Part shown: one piece after another, positions 53,496-64,000 of the stretch
Numbering within the stretch: position 1 is the first letter of the stretch
How the letters are laid out: every line of letters starts with the position of its first letter
Assembly: GCF_054482525.1 (NCBI RefSeq)
Contig: NZ_CM137006.1
DNA: 64,000 bases
Strand: one strand, 5' to 3'
Translations under genes and position numbers: made by a program
The notes under the pieces: generated by a model
Database searches by the model: none
Seen by the model: the letters and a program-made list of their open reading frames with translations, nothing else
Told to the model about the DNA's origin: nothing

Positions 53496-56400
53496 TTGAT
53501 GGAGCAGTCTCTCAATTTTGAAATGTTGCGCAGCCAGTGGCCGGAACTGGCTGAACTCGCGTGTATGGCGGAACGCTATGTTCACTCCGATCCGGAAAGT
53601 TGTCTGGTCAAGCTGCGCAACTACACCGAATTGATGGTGCGCTGGTTGTATCGTCAGGAGCGGTTGCCGGAAGGTATTAAGGCTAATCTTTACGATTTAA
53701 TGAATGCTGATGTCTTTACCAGCATGATGCCGGAAGCCATCATCATGAAAATGGATGCGCTGCGTATCCATGGCAACCGTGCCGCGCACGGCGGACGTAT
53801 CAAAGCTAAAGATACTTACTGGCTGCTCAAAGAAGCGTATTTGTTGGGAATTTGGCTGTATGTTCGCTACGCCCACGGTAATGTTGATGACTGCCCCAAA
53901 TTTACACTCCCTCCATTAACACAATCTTCAGGTCGTGCAGATGAAAAACGTCTGGAAGATGCAATCAGGGCTCAGGATGAAAGCCGTGAGCGCGAACTGG
54001 CGCTGCAACGCGCACTACAGCAAGAACAGGAAAAGGCCGAACACCTCACTCAACGCCTGAATGAAGCCAGAGCGCGTAACCAGCATGTTGCCGATATTCT
54101 CTCTATTGATGAAGCGGAAACCCGCCGTCGCCTGATTGACTCTCGCCTGCTTGCTGCTGACTGGAATGTAGGCGAAGGCCTTAAAAATACCGATCAGGTT
54201 ACGCAGGAACATCCCGTTAAAGAACAACCTACCGCGACCGGAGACGGTTATGCGGACTATGTCTTGTGGGATGAGGCACACAAACCGCTGGCGGTGGTGG
54301 AAGCAAAAAAAACCAGCGTCAATGCCGAGCAAGGACGAATTCAGGCCCGGCTGTATGCAGACTGGCTGGAAAAAGAATACGACCAGCGTCCGATCATCTT
54401 CTACACCAACGGCTATGATATCTGGCTGTGGGATGACCATAAAACTCATGGTTATCCCCCGCGTCGGGTGTTTGGCTTCTACAGCAAGGAAAGCCTGCAA
54501 TATCTTATTCAACAGCGTGAAACCCGTCTTCCGCTGAACAGTGTGCCGCACGTAAAAGATAACGAAGGTAAGGCCGTTGCCGGACGTTTGTACCAGCTTG
54601 AAACCATTGCCCGTGTCAGCGAGCGGTTTACCAACAAATACCGGCAATCGCTAATTGTTCAGGCTACGGGTACAGGCAAAACCCGCGTGGCAATAGCGCT
54701 AAGCAAACTAATGATTGATGCCCGCTGGGTAAAACGCGTCCTGTTTCTTTGCGACCGCAAGGAACTACGTAAACAGGCGGCGAATGCCTTTAATCAATTC
54801 ACCAATGAGCCGCTGTATGTGGTCGGGAAATCGAAAAAAGCAGACAGGCAGAATGCTAGGATCTACATCGCCACCTATCCTGGTATGATGAAAATCATGG
54901 ACCATTTCGATGTTGGTTATTTCGATTTGATCATCGCCGATGAATCCCATCGCTCTATCTACAACGTTTACGGCGATCTGTTTAAGTATTTTGATGCCCT
55001 CCAGATTGGCCTGACGGCCACGCCGATTGACATGGTGAGTAAAACCACTTTCGGCCTGTTTGGTTGTGAAGGACGTATTCCTACCGCCAACTACAGCCTG
55101 GAAGATGCCATCGCCGATAACAATCTGGTTCCCTATGAGGTTGTCACGCACACCACAGAATTCCTGCGCGAAGGCATCAAACGGGAGAAATTAAGCGACG
55201 CACAAATCCGCGAGCTGGAAGAACAAGGCATAGATCCCAATACGCTGGAGTTTGATGGCAAGGCGCTGGATGAGGCGATCTACAACAAAGACACCAACCG
55301 CTATATCCTGCGTAACCTGATGGAAAATGGCCTGAAAGATCGGGACGGCCAGTTGCCAGGTAAAACCATCATTTTCGCCCGTAACCACAAACACGCGCTG
55401 CTGTTGAATGAATTATTCGACGATATGTACCCGCAGTTTGCCGGGCGCTTCTGCCAGGTCATCGACAATTACGATCCCCGCGCCGAGCAACTGATTGATG
55501 ATTTTAAAGGGCTGGATGAAAGCACCAACAAAGAGCTGACCATCGCTATCTCCGTTGACATGCTCGATACCGGTATTGATGTCCCGGAAATTGTGAATCT
55601 GGTCTTTGCCAAACCGGTCAAATCAAAAGTGAAGTTCTGGCAGATGATTGGCCGTGGTACGCGCCTCTGTCCGGGGTTGTACGGTTACGACGATAACGGC
55701 AAACCTCTGGATAAACAGAAATTCCGCATTTTCGATCACTGGGGCAATTTTGAGTATCACGAACTGCATACCGAAGAGGCCGAAGTCACAGCGACAAAAT
55801 CGCTTGCACAAAAACGCTTCGAAGCGTGGGTTATGCTGGGGGCCGCTGCGCAACGTAAATTCGACAAACAGGCGGTGGATTTAGTTGCTCACCAGCTACG
55901 CGAGCAAATCAATGCACTGGATGAAAAGTCGATTGCCGTCCAGGAAAAGTGGCATCAAAAAGCGCAGTACAGCGATGAAAAAGTGCTGCGCCAGCTTTCC
56001 CCGAAAACACAGCAGGATTTGCTATCTGTCCTGGCCCCGCTGATGCAGTGGCTGGACGTGCGCGGGCAAAGCGACGCTATGCGCTTTGATATGGATATTC
56101 TGGCGGCGCAAACTGCCCGTTATACCAACCCGGAAGAGCTGGATGTGCTCTGGCCGGTCATCGTCGAAAAAGTGGAGCGCCTGCCGCCGCATTTGGCGCA
56201 GGTCCAACAGCAAGGACCGCGGATCAATCAGCTTCGTGATTTAGGCTGGTGGAAGCAGGCCAGCCTGGAAGAGCTGGAAGATATCCGCATTCATCTGCGC
56301 GGCATCATGCACCTGATGGAAAAAGACGCGACGCCGAAATTTGGTTCGATACAGGTGGATATTACCGAAGATGCGAACCTGATTCAGACGGAAAACCGCA

Positions 56401-56912
56401 AAACCAACATCCGCTCGATTGACTTCAAACTCTATCGCCAGCAGGTGCAGGGAGCGCTGGAGCCGCTGTTCCAGCAAAATCCGGTGCTGAAGAAAATCCG
56501 CAACGGCGAGCCTGTGACGCAAAGCGAGCTGGATGAACTGGCTAAACTGGTGCTGATCCAGAACCCTAACGTTGATATCCGGGCACTGAAAGAGTTCTAC
56601 CCGCAGGCGACCGCCAGCCTGGATAAACTATTGCGTACCATCATCGGGATGGACAGCGACGCGGTGGAAGTGCGCTTTGCTCAGTTCGCCGCTGATAACA
56701 GCCTGACCAGCCAGCAATTGCGCTTCCTGTCATTGCTGAAAAACCACATTCGCGATTACGGCACCATTGAAATGCGGCAGCTCTTTGAACAGCCTTTTAC
56801 GCATATCCACAACGAAGGCGTTACCGGTGTGTTCCCTGATATAGAGCAGATCGCCCGCCTACAAAAGATAGTCGAAGAGCTGGGTGTTGTGACCGACGCA
56901 GCAACGGTATAA
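53496..56912 (+). CDS. hsdR: type I restriction enzyme R subunit (HsdR)
   Basis: 1138 aa; helicase motifs QATGTGKTRVAIAL and IIADESHRS; N-terminal domain typical of HsdR. Confidence 0.9.
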   Translation: MMEQSLNFEMLRSQWPELAELACMAERYVHSDPESCLVKLRNYTELMVRWLYRQERLPEGIKANLYDLMNADVFTSMMPEAIIMKMDALRIHGNRAAHGGRIKAKDTYWLLKEAYLLGIWLYVRYAHGNVDDCPKFTLPPLTQSSGRADEKRLEDAIRAQDESRERELALQRALQQEQEKAEHLTQRLNEARARNQHVADILSIDEAETRRRLIDSRLLAADWNVGEGLKNTDQVTQEHPVKEQPTATGDGYADYVLWDEAHKPLAVVEAKKTSVNAEQGRIQARLYADWLEKEYDQRPIIFYTNGYDIWLWDDHKTHGYPPRRVFGFYSKESLQYLIQQRETRLPLNSVPHVKDNEGKAVAGRLYQLETIARVSERFTNKYRQSLIVQATGTGKTRVAIALSKLMIDARWVKRVLFLCDRKELRKQAANAFNQFTNEPLYVVGKSKKADRQNARIYIATYPGMMKIMDHFDVGYFDLIIADESHRSIYNVYGDLFKYFDALQIGLTATPIDMVSKTTFGLFGCEGRIPTANYSLEDAIADNNLVPYEVVTHTTEFLREGIKREKLSDAQIRELEEQGIDPNTLEFDGKALDEAIYNKDTNRYILRNLMENGLKDRDGQLPGKTIIFARNHKHALLLNELFDDMYPQFAGRFCQVIDNYDPRAEQLIDDFKGLDESTNKELTIAISVDMLDTGIDVPEIVNLVFAKPVKSKVKFWQMIGRGTRLCPGLYGYDDNGKPLDKQKFRIFDHWGNFEYHELHTEEAEVTATKSLAQKRFEAWVMLGAAAQRKFDKQAVDLVAHQLREQINALDEKSIAVQEKWHQKAQYSDEKVLRQLSPKTQQDLLSVLAPLMQWLDVRGQSDAMRFDMDILAAQTARYTNPEELDVLWPVIVEKVERLPPHLAQVQQQGPRINQLRDLGWWKQASLEELEDIRIHLRGIMHLMEKDATPKFGSIQVDITEDANLIQTENRKTNIRSIDFKLYRQQVQGALEPLFQQNPVLKKIRNGEPVTQSELDELAKLVLIQNPNVDIRALKEFYPQATASLDKLLRTIIGMDSDAVEVRFAQFAADNSLTSQQLRFLSLLKNHIRDYGTIEMRQLFEQPFTHIHNEGVTGVFPDIEQIARLQKIVEELGVVTDAATV

Positions 56913-56975
56913 TACGCACATGACAAGCCCCGGCAGCGGGGCTTTTGTATTTAAAACAGGATATAAAAGCTAACA

Positions 56976-58610
56976 ATGATCACTGGTGACTTAAAAAGTA
57001 AAATCGACGGCCTGTGGGAAGATTTCTGGGTGGGTGGTATCACCAACCCGCTGACCGTAATCGAACAGATCACCTATCTAATGTATTCCCGGATGCTGGA
57101 TACTCAGGAACAACGCGACGAGAAGCGTAAACAAATCGCGGGTATTGATTTTAAACCGCGTTTTGCACCAGAACAGCAGGAGTTCCGTTTCAGTCACTAT
57201 AGCAATCTTGGCTCGGATGAGATGATGGAAGTGGTGCGCGATGGTGTATTCCAGCATTTTCGTCAGCTCGGCCAGGCTGATGCGTCGAAGGTAACGCTGC
57301 TGGGCAACTTTATGAAAGATGCCCGTCTGGAGATTGTTAAGCCTTCATTGCTGACCAAAGCGGTTGAGGTGATCAAAAACCTGCCATTGGATCGCGGCGA
57401 CACCAAAGGCGACCTTTACGAATACCTGTTAAGCAAGCTGACCACTGCCGGAATCAACGGCCAGTTTCGCACACCGCGCCACATTATCCGCACGATGGTT
57501 GAAATGATGGAGCCGAACCCCGCCCGCGGCGAGACGATTTGCGATCCGGCCTGCGGCACCGGTGGCTTTCTGGCAACCAGCTATGAATATCTACTGGAGA
57601 AGTACAGCTCGCTGGAATCCATTCATACCGAGATTGGCACCAACGAACGTGGTGAGCTGGAAGAGCAAAAAATCTTTACCGGCGATCTGTTGACCCCGTG
57701 GCGTAACCATGTGGATAACAATATGTTCCACGGTTACGACTTTGACACCACAATGTTACGTATCGCCGCCATGAACCTGATTATGCACGGCGTGGAAGCG
57801 CCGGATATCCACTATCAGGACACCATGAGCCAGAGCTTCAGCACAAACTTCCCGCAGGCCAGTAAAAACGCTTTCAACCTGATTCTGGCAAACCCGCCGT
57901 TTACCGGTTCACTGGACGAAGAAGATATCGACTCCACGCTGTCGGCAATGGTGAAAACCAAAAAAACCGAACTACTGTTCCTGGCGCGTATTCTGCAAAT
58001 GCTGAAAGTGGGCGGGCGCAGTGCCACTATCGTGCCGCAGGGCGTGCTGTTTGGCTCCAGTAAGGCGCACCAGTCACTTCGCAAAACGCTGGTGGAAGAT
58101 AACCAACTGGAAGCGGTGATCAACCTGCCTTCCGGCGTATTTAAACCTTACGCTGGCGTGGCGACGGCGATCCTGATCTTTACCAAAGGCGGTCAGACGG
58201 ACGAGGTCTGGTTCTACGATCTGCAAAATGATGGCTACAGCCTGGATGACAAGCGTAACCCAATTAAAGACAACGACCTGCCGCATCTGCTGGCAAGCTG
58301 GAAGCATTACCGTACTTTACGCGGGCTGCCGGTTGATAACTTTATGGGTGAGAAGTTAGCCTCGTTGCTGAAACAGCAGTACCCGGAAGGGATTGATGCT
58401 GGCGTTGATTTTAAAGATCGCACTCAGGCGGCGTTTATAGTGCCAAAAGAAGATATTGCTGCCCAGAAATACGATCTCTCTATTAATCGTTATAAAGAAG
58501 TGGTGTATCAGGCTGAGGAGTATGAAGATCCGAAGGTGATATTGAAGCGGTTAAAAGATCTGGAAAAAGAGATTCTGGCGGATCTGGATGAGCTGGAGGG
58601 GATGCTGTGA
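56976..58610 (+). CDS. hsdM: type I R-M N6-adenine DNA methyltransferase subunit (HsdM)
   Basis: 544 aa; SAM motif [10 protein letters not shown] and catalytic NPPF. Confidence 0.9.
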   Translation: MITGDLKSKIDGLWEDFWVGGITNPLTVIEQITYLMYSRMLDTQEQRDEKRKQIAGIDFKPRFAPEQQEFRFSHYSNLGSDEMMEVVRDGVFQHFRQLGQADASKVTLLGNFMKDARLEIVKPSLLTKAVEVIKNLPLDRGDTKGDLYEYLLSKLTTAGINGQFRTPRHIIRTMVEMMEPNPARGETICDPACGTGGFLATSYEYLLEKYSSLESIHTEIGTNERGELEEQKIFTGDLLTPWRNHVDNNMFHGYDFDTTMLRIAAMNLIMHGVEAPDIHYQDTMSQSFSTNFPQASKNAFNLILANPPFTGSLDEEDIDSTLSAMVKTKKTELLFLARILQMLKVGGRSATIVPQGVLFGSSKAHQSLRKTLVEDNQLEAVINLPSGVFKPYAGVATAILIFTKGGQTDEVWFYDLQNDGYSLDDKRNPIKDNDLPHLLASWKHYRTLRGLPVDNFMGEKLASLLKQQYPEGIDAGVDFKDRTQAAFIVPKEDIAAQKYDLSINRYKEVVYQAEEYEDPKVILKRLKDLEKEILADLDELEGML

Positions 58611-59749
58611 AAAAAAATCAATTGGTCACACTTGGCAAACATATAGACATATTGTCCGGGTGTGCATTCCCTTCAAGTGGATTCAATAGGAACAATGGTG
58701 TTCCACTAATCCGTATTAGAGATATTCTTTCAGGAAAAACCGAAACTTATTATGAAGGCAGTTATGACTTAAAATATCTTATTAAAAAAGGTGATTTACT
58801 AGTTGGGATGGATGGAGATTTCAACCGTGAGTATTGGAAAGGTACTGATGCGTTGTTAAATCAACGGGTATGTAAAATTACGCCAAATCCTGAAACACTT
58901 GATAAAAATTTTCTATATCATTTCTTGCAAAAGGAATTGGATAAAATTCATGCTACAACAGATGTTGTGACTGTAAAACATTTGTCTGTAAAAAAGATAC
59001 AAGATATTAAAATTAGGCTTCCTTCATTAAAAGAACAAAAACGCATTGCTGCTATTCTTGATAAAGCTGATGCTATACGCCAAAAGCGCGAACAAGCCAT
59101 CAAACTGGCTGATGATTTTTTGCGGGCTAAGTTTCTAGAGATGTTTGGAACTCCTGCAAACAACATACATCGTTTCCCGAAAGGAACGATTCGCGACTTG
59201 GTTGATTCAGTAAATTATGGAACTTCAGCAAAAGCCTCTATTGATTCTGGTGAATATCCTATATTACGGATGGGTAATATAACATATCAAGGTAGGTGGG
59301 ATTTTACAGATTTAAAATATCTTGATCTCAGTGTAAAAGAAAAGGATAAATATTTGGTTAAAGAAGGCGATCTTCTTTTCAATCGTACTAACAGTAAGGA
59401 ACTTGTTGGTAAAACAGCTGTGTATGAAGAAGACAGGCCTATGGCATTTGCTGGATATTTAATCCGCGTTAGACCTAATTCTATCGGAAATAACTACTAT
59501 ATTTCAGGGTATCTTAATTCCATCCATGGCAAAATCACATTGATGAATATGTGTAAAAGTATTGTTGGCATGGCTAATATTAATGCACAGGAATTGCAGA
59601 ATATAGAGATATTAATCCCACCTAAGCATCTACAAGATGAGTATGAGATTATTTATAAAAAAATAAAAAAAGGACTAAGCATTTATGATAAAAGCGCAAT
59701 GCAACTTCAACTTTTAGCATCAAACCTATCGAATAAATATTTCATGTAA
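58607..59749 (+). CDS. hsdS: type I R-M specificity subunit (HsdS)
   Basis: 380 aa; two variable target-recognition regions separated by conserved LPSLKEQKRIAAILDKADAIRQK; 4-bp overlap with hsdM; AT-rich. Confidence 0.85.
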   Translation: MKKNQLVTLGKHIDILSGCAFPSSGFNRNNGVPLIRIRDILSGKTETYYEGSYDLKYLIKKGDLLVGMDGDFNREYWKGTDALLNQRVCKITPNPETLDKNFLYHFLQKELDKIHATTDVVTVKHLSVKKIQDIKIRLPSLKEQKRIAAILDKADAIRQKREQAIKLADDFLRAKFLEMFGTPANNIHRFPKGTIRDLVDSVNYGTSAKASIDSGEYPILRMGNITYQGRWDFTDLKYLDLSVKEKDKYLVKEGDLLFNRTNSKELVGKTAVYEEDRPMAFAGYLIRVRPNSIGNNYYISGYLNSIHGKITLMNMCKSIVGMANINAQELQNIEILIPPKHLQDEYEIIYKKIKKGLSIYDKSAMQLQLLASNLSNKYFM

Positions 59750-59757
59750 GGTTCATT

Positions 59758-61380
59758 ATGAAATTAACTAAACTTGTACTTGAAAATTTCAGATCTGTTA
59801 GAGAGCGGCAGGAAATTGATTTTGCACCTGTAACATTACTATTGGGGCCAAACAGCGCGGGCAAGACTACTATTTTAATTGCATTATTTTATCTTCAACA
59901 AATATTAGACCGTGAGCAGTGTGATCCTATATATTTAGAAGCTATGGGGAACAGGCGCATAGATGGATTTAGATCTCTAGTCCATAATGGGGATCTGAAT
60001 AATGTAATTACTATTGGTATCGGTTTCGATCCTGAACAAACAATAGGTGTAGAATATAAAACATATTTAGAAGAACTTGGTGATATTTTCGATATTCATT
60101 TTATAAAAATGAAAGACATTGCAGATGAAACTGAAAAGGTTTATGTAGAGTTTAAAATCGCATGGTCACAATTGCACAGAGCAGCATATATAAAGAACTA
60201 TGCTGTTTCTATAAATAATGAATTTATTGGAGAGCTAAGTAATGATGAGTATACTAAATCATCTTTAGTAAATAGATTGAACTTTACTCATCCGTTGCTT
60301 CTTCCTATTGATTATAATTTATGGCTTGAATCTATTGATAAGGAAGGATTAGATACGATTGCCAGTGAATTTGAAATATCTTTAAATGACTTAATTCCTG
60401 GCTTAGAACGTAATAAAAGTGGTGCAACAGAGCGAGTAAAAACTGTTGATTATATATTTGAAGAAGATAAAGAAAAACCAATGTTTCCTGTTTTTTTAAA
60501 GACGAAAATTGGTGCGTTACCTCAACTGGGAAGAACTGTTGATACAAATTTGAAAGTTTTTGATATATCCGAGCCAGTTGAGTATTTTAATCGAGATATA
60601 ATCACCAGAGTGCTAACGCAAGTTTTTACTTCTCCGTTAGATAAATTAAATAATTATTTAAAGGCTAGCGTATCTATTGGACCGTTAAGAATTATACCTG
60701 ATTCTTCATTTACGCCAAATCCTTATCCAGAACAAAATGGATGGTTTGATGGTACATCAGCATGGGATAAGCTGTGTTTATCTCAACAAAATGATAGTGA
60801 TTTGATTAAAAAAGTAAGTGATTGGTTTTCCAATAGAGATAAACTAAACACTAATTATAATATATTTAGTGGAGGAGAATTTGATATAAAAACCTCCCCT
60901 CAACTTTTAGGTCTGAAAGATAATGTTTACTTCTGTAAAATAGATTCAAGCCAAATGTTATTTCCAAATCAAGTCGGTGTCGGATTAACTCAGATAGCAC
61001 CTCTTATTATTGCAGCCAATATAGTTCAGGATGGATTAATTGCTATAGAGCAGCCTGAGCTACATATTCATCCCGCTTTACAACTCGCTGTAGGTGATCT
61101 GTTTACCCAATATCCCCTTGATGTTAAAAGACCTATGTTTTTAGTCGAAACACATAGTGAGCACATTTTGCTTCGAATTTTAAAAAGAATTAGACAAACA
61201 ACGGACAATGAATTACCTGAATCAAATTACCCAGTAAAACCTGATTTTATATCAGTGATCGTTTTCGAGGATAATAATGGTTCGACTGTTACTAGGAAAA
61301 TAGATATTACTGATGATGGTGACTTCAAACAAAAATGGCCCAAAGGTTTCTTCGAAGAAAGAAGGGGAGAGCTTTTTTAA
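59758..61380 (+). CDS. ABC/SMC-type AAA ATPase of anti-phage type (AbiLi/PtuA/AriA-like)
   Basis: 540 aa; N-terminal LENFRSV...LLLGPNSAGKTTIL, C-terminal IEQPELHIHP and LVETHSEHILLR; no nuclease domain visible; starts 9 bp after hsdS. Confidence 0.7.
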   Translation: MKLTKLVLENFRSVRERQEIDFAPVTLLLGPNSAGKTTILIALFYLQQILDREQCDPIYLEAMGNRRIDGFRSLVHNGDLNNVITIGIGFDPEQTIGVEYKTYLEELGDIFDIHFIKMKDIADETEKVYVEFKIAWSQLHRAAYIKNYAVSINNEFIGELSNDEYTKSSLVNRLNFTHPLLLPIDYNLWLESIDKEGLDTIASEFEISLNDLIPGLERNKSGATERVKTVDYIFEEDKEKPMFPVFLKTKIGALPQLGRTVDTNLKVFDISEPVEYFNRDIITRVLTQVFTSPLDKLNNYLKASVSIGPLRIIPDSSFTPNPYPEQNGWFDGTSAWDKLCLSQQNDSDLIKKVSDWFSNRDKLNTNYNIFSGGEFDIKTSPQLLGLKDNVYFCKIDSSQMLFPNQVGVGLTQIAPLIIAANIVQDGLIAIEQPELHIHPALQLAVGDLFTQYPLDVKRPMFLVETHSEHILLRILKRIRQTTDNELPESNYPVKPDFISVIVFEDNNGSTVTRKIDITDDGDFKQKWPKGFFEERRGELF

Positions 61381-62276
61381 TGTTCTACGAATGCGCCATT
61401 TCACCAGAGGCTTTGTTTGAGATCGCAATTGATCGGAGAAATTATCGTGACTTCATAAAAGGATTTTCTACGGGCGGTAACTTTCTCTATAGTGAATTAC
61501 CAAAGCTGAAGAGAAATAAAAAACAATTGCTTGGGCTATTAAATGCTAATCATAGTGAACTTCAAAAAAAACGATTAGAGGACCTTATTATTTTTTTGAA
61601 AAATAATAAGGTTAGTAGGGTTTATGATTATGTTGGTGACATGTCATGGTCAGATAACATCTCTGCTGTAAATCGAATTGAACAATTTGATCATGTAGTG
61701 AGTTCTACTCCTTGTGATAACCTTGATGTAACTAATATAGATGATTTCTTTGGGTTAAATTATGCTCGGCAAAAAATTGTTGCTAGAATTGCTGAGGATA
61801 TGATATCTATAATCTCACGCTTATTAAAAACATCAGAGCATATTATTATAGTTGACCCATACTTTAGTGACAAACAAAGATGGTGGAATGTATTTATTTC
61901 ATTACTTAGCGTTAGTGCTAATAACTCTTATAAAAAAAATTTAAAGATAGATGTTATATTTGATGGGAGTAAAGAAAACTCCCCAACGGTGAATTATTTG
62001 GCTAATAAGTTGAACCGCGAAAACCTTGTCTTTCCAGACGATTTTAAATTATCAGTAACATTTAAGTCTTTAACTTCTCGCGAGGGTAATGAATGTCTGC
62101 ATAATAGATATGTTCTTTCTAATGTTGCTGGAGTTTGTTTCATGCATGGTTTAGATGAGGGAGAAGGAACGGATGATGTCTCAATTTTGTCGAAAGAGGG
62201 ATATAATAAAAGATGGGAACATTACACTACGAATAATGTTTTTGATTTAATAGAAGAGCGTGAAGTTATATGTTAA
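61380..62276 (+). CDS. uncharacterised partner of the ATPase (candidate effector)
   Basis: ATG overlaps ATPase stop (TAATG); alternative in-frame start at 61335; 298 aa, AT-rich, no assignable motif. Confidence 0.5.
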   Translation: MFYECAISPEALFEIAIDRRNYRDFIKGFSTGGNFLYSELPKLKRNKKQLLGLLNANHSELQKKRLEDLIIFLKNNKVSRVYDYVGDMSWSDNISAVNRIEQFDHVVSSTPCDNLDVTNIDDFFGLNYARQKIVARIAEDMISIISRLLKTSEHIIIVDPYFSDKQRWWNVFISLLSVSANNSYKKNLKIDVIFDGSKENSPTVNYLANKLNRENLVFPDDFKLSVTFKSLTSREGNECLHNRYVLSNVAGVCFMHGLDEGEGTDDVSILSKEGYNKRWEHYTTNNVFDLIEEREVIC

Positions 62277-62507
62277 GTATTTCCCTTACTGTTTTCAATT
62301 AAATCCTACAAACTTATTAGGACCCTTTAAAATTTATTCAACACGCCAATAAAAAATCTAATTCTATTAATCTTGACCTGGTCTATCAAAATGATAGACC
62401 AGGCTTCTGTTATCTACATTACTTCTAGTGAAATAGCCAACCAATCGTCCCTATAAGGCAGGTTAAATAGTTTTAATTTAGCAAATTTGATAAACAACTC
62501 ACTCGCC

Positions 62508-62690
62508 ATTACCCCGATTGATCTTCGCATAGTCAAACGGCGTAATCGCTCTCTCCCGATTGGCATCCAGAAAATCTGCCCACCACTGCAGCATCAGCTT
62601 GCGCTCATCCAGATGCTCCGCTTTATGGATATACGCTGCCTGCACTGAGTTACGTCCATGTGGCTCATCTGACGTTCAGCCGCTTTATCT
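62508..62690 (-). pseudogene. 3'-terminal remnant of a P4-type integrase gene
   Basis: agaaaatctgcccaccactgcagcatcag...gctccgctttatggatatacgctgcc...catctgacgttc parallels the 3' end of int (10859-11060); frame broken. Confidence 0.55.
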
Positions 62691-62906
62691 CGTGCTGTTC
62701 TGGTCTCAATACTTCCATGCCGTTGCAATTACCTCTTAAACCATTCCTTATCATTTTCATGTCTTCGATAAGAAATCTTCATCATTCATGATCGATTTTG
62801 TCGATCGATTCGATCGAATTTTCTCTTTTTACCTTGTCTTTTGCATGGTTTTAAAATGAGCAACCTTCTTTATCGGGTGGGGTAAGAACCAACGGAGATG
62901 ATTGAA

Positions 62907-63644
62907 ATGAAAAAGGTTATTGCTGTTTCAACACTTGCAATGGCAGGCATGTTTTCGGCCCAGACTCTGGCTGATGAGAACAAAACTGGCTTTTATGTGA
63001 CCGGTAAAGCCGGTGTTTCTGTTATGTCACTTTCAGAGCAACGTTTCGTTGATGGTGAAGGGGCATGGGCGGATAAATACAAAGGCAGTGACAAAAGTGA
63101 TACGGTTTTTGGCGCAGGCCTTGCGGTGGGATACGATTTTTATCAGCACTACAATGTGCCGGTGCGTACTGAAGTGGAGTTTTATGGCCGCGGTAACGCT
63201 GAATCAAAATATCGTCTGAGTTATTGGGAAAGTGCCGGTGGTGCCGAGTTCGATGATGCACAGAACAAGCTCAGTGTAAACACGCTGATGCTGAATGCGT
63301 ATTATGATTTCAGAAACAGCAGTGCATTCACGCCATGGATATCTGCTGGTCTGGGTTATGCACGGGTTCATCATAAAACTTCGTACATATATACCGATAA
63401 CAGCCCGGCAGGCAGTGAAGTTTATTCAGCTTCAGCGTCAAAATACGAAAACAACCTGGCATGGAGCCTGGGTGCCGGTGTTAAATACGATGTGACGCAG
63501 GATTTCAGCCTTGACCTCAGCTACCGGTATCTGGATGCAGGGGATTCCACTCTGACTTATAAAGATGAGGATGGTGCTAAATATAAATCCTCTGTTGATG
63601 TCAGAAGTAACGAGTTTATGTTAGGTGCAACATATAACTTCTGA
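62907..63644 (+). CDS. Hek/Hra/Tia-family (OmpX/Ail-like) outer-membrane beta-barrel adhesin/invasin
   Basis: Signal peptide MKKVIAVSTLAMAGMFSAQTLA, alternating aromatic beta-strands, C-terminal ...MLGATYNF; start at second ATG after GGAG. Confidence 0.65.
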   Translation: MKKVIAVSTLAMAGMFSAQTLADENKTGFYVTGKAGVSVMSLSEQRFVDGEGAWADKYKGSDKSDTVFGAGLAVGYDFYQHYNVPVRTEVEFYGRGNAESKYRLSYWESAGGAEFDDAQNKLSVNTLMLNAYYDFRNSSAFTPWISAGLGYARVHHKTSYIYTDNSPAGSEVYSASASKYENNLAWSLGAGVKYDVTQDFSLDLSYRYLDAGDSTLTYKDEDGAKYKSSVDVRSNEFMLGATYNF

Positions 63645-64000
63645 CAGCCATTTCTGCCTGCGCTTTGGAGCACAGTAAAGTGCAGGTATGACAAATCAAT
63701 AACAGATATCCTGATGATATTCTCCCTCTGGCAACTAATAATTTCAGATGAATGAAATATAAATAGAGCAAAAATATTACTTTCGTTGATTTTTTACAGG
63801 GGGCAGGTAGCGCGCAGTATGGTTGTCAGTCTGTTAAATGAAAAAGGACTGTTGTTGGGACACGTTGTTTTTTGTCATATCAGCCCTTCCGGAAACAATA
63901 AACCGTATTACGAAGGAGGCTCCCGGACATCTGGTTTAAAGTTTGAACATAATCAAATAAAAATCTGTTGCCGGAGGGCGTAGTTTTGTGGAACTGACAA

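Noticed and set aside
54015-56522. Minus-strand ORFs inside hsdR (54015..54647, 54765..55151 and others)
   Set aside because: Fully embedded antisense to a 1138-aa gene with clear helicase motifs; shadow ORFs.

Overview
This 64-kb window reads as a mosaic, IS-scarred accessory region of an Escherichia-like enterobacterial chromosome, built from one or more tRNA-Phe-type (P4-integrase) genomic islands. All calls rest on reading the sequence and the ORF track and on remembered protein families; no searches were run. 1-12.3 kb: an AlpA regulator, an inovirus-Gp2-family gene, an intact IS100 (5338-7290), a MarR-like regulator, two degenerate IS3-family elements and an intact P4-type integrase followed by a 19-nt copy of the tRNA-Phe 3' end. 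12.3-20 kb: a typical CP4-like backbone (ParDE, DUF4942-like, CbtA/CbeA, DUF987, RadC-like, KlcA-like antirestriction, DUF932, YeeP-family GTPase). 20-34 kb: hypothetical genes, three more Gp2-family paralogues, a second alpA, a DUF3987/YfjI-like gene, IS110-, IS1- and IS66-family remnants and two unusual non-coding stretches. 34.3-43.8 kb: a GC-rich resistance module sul2-strA-strB-tetR(A)-tetA(A)-truncated lysR-floR-virD2-like-truncated ISCR2, lying between a truncated trimeric-autotransporter gene and papI. 43.7-45.2 kb: the pap fimbrial switch (papI, GATC pair, papB, truncated papA). 45.2-52.1 kb: a cluster of nucleotide-metabolism or defence-like genes (HD-domain dGTPase, IS3, a thymidylate-synthase-fold gene operonic with an unknown gene, a HigB-like/XRE-peptidase pair, a MazG-like gene). 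52.2-63.7 kb: integrase, ISL3 and IS66 remnants, a complete type I restriction-modification system (hsdR-hsdM-hsdS) immediately followed by an ABC-type ATPase and an unknown partner, an integrase 3' remnant and a Hek/Tia-family outer-membrane protein. No rRNA, complete tRNA or CRISPR array was found. The best candidates for undescribed biology are the TS-fold two-gene operon (48338-50259), the ATPase+partner pair after hsdS (59758-62276) and the RHH-containing hypothetical genes (1976-2767; 20048-21915).
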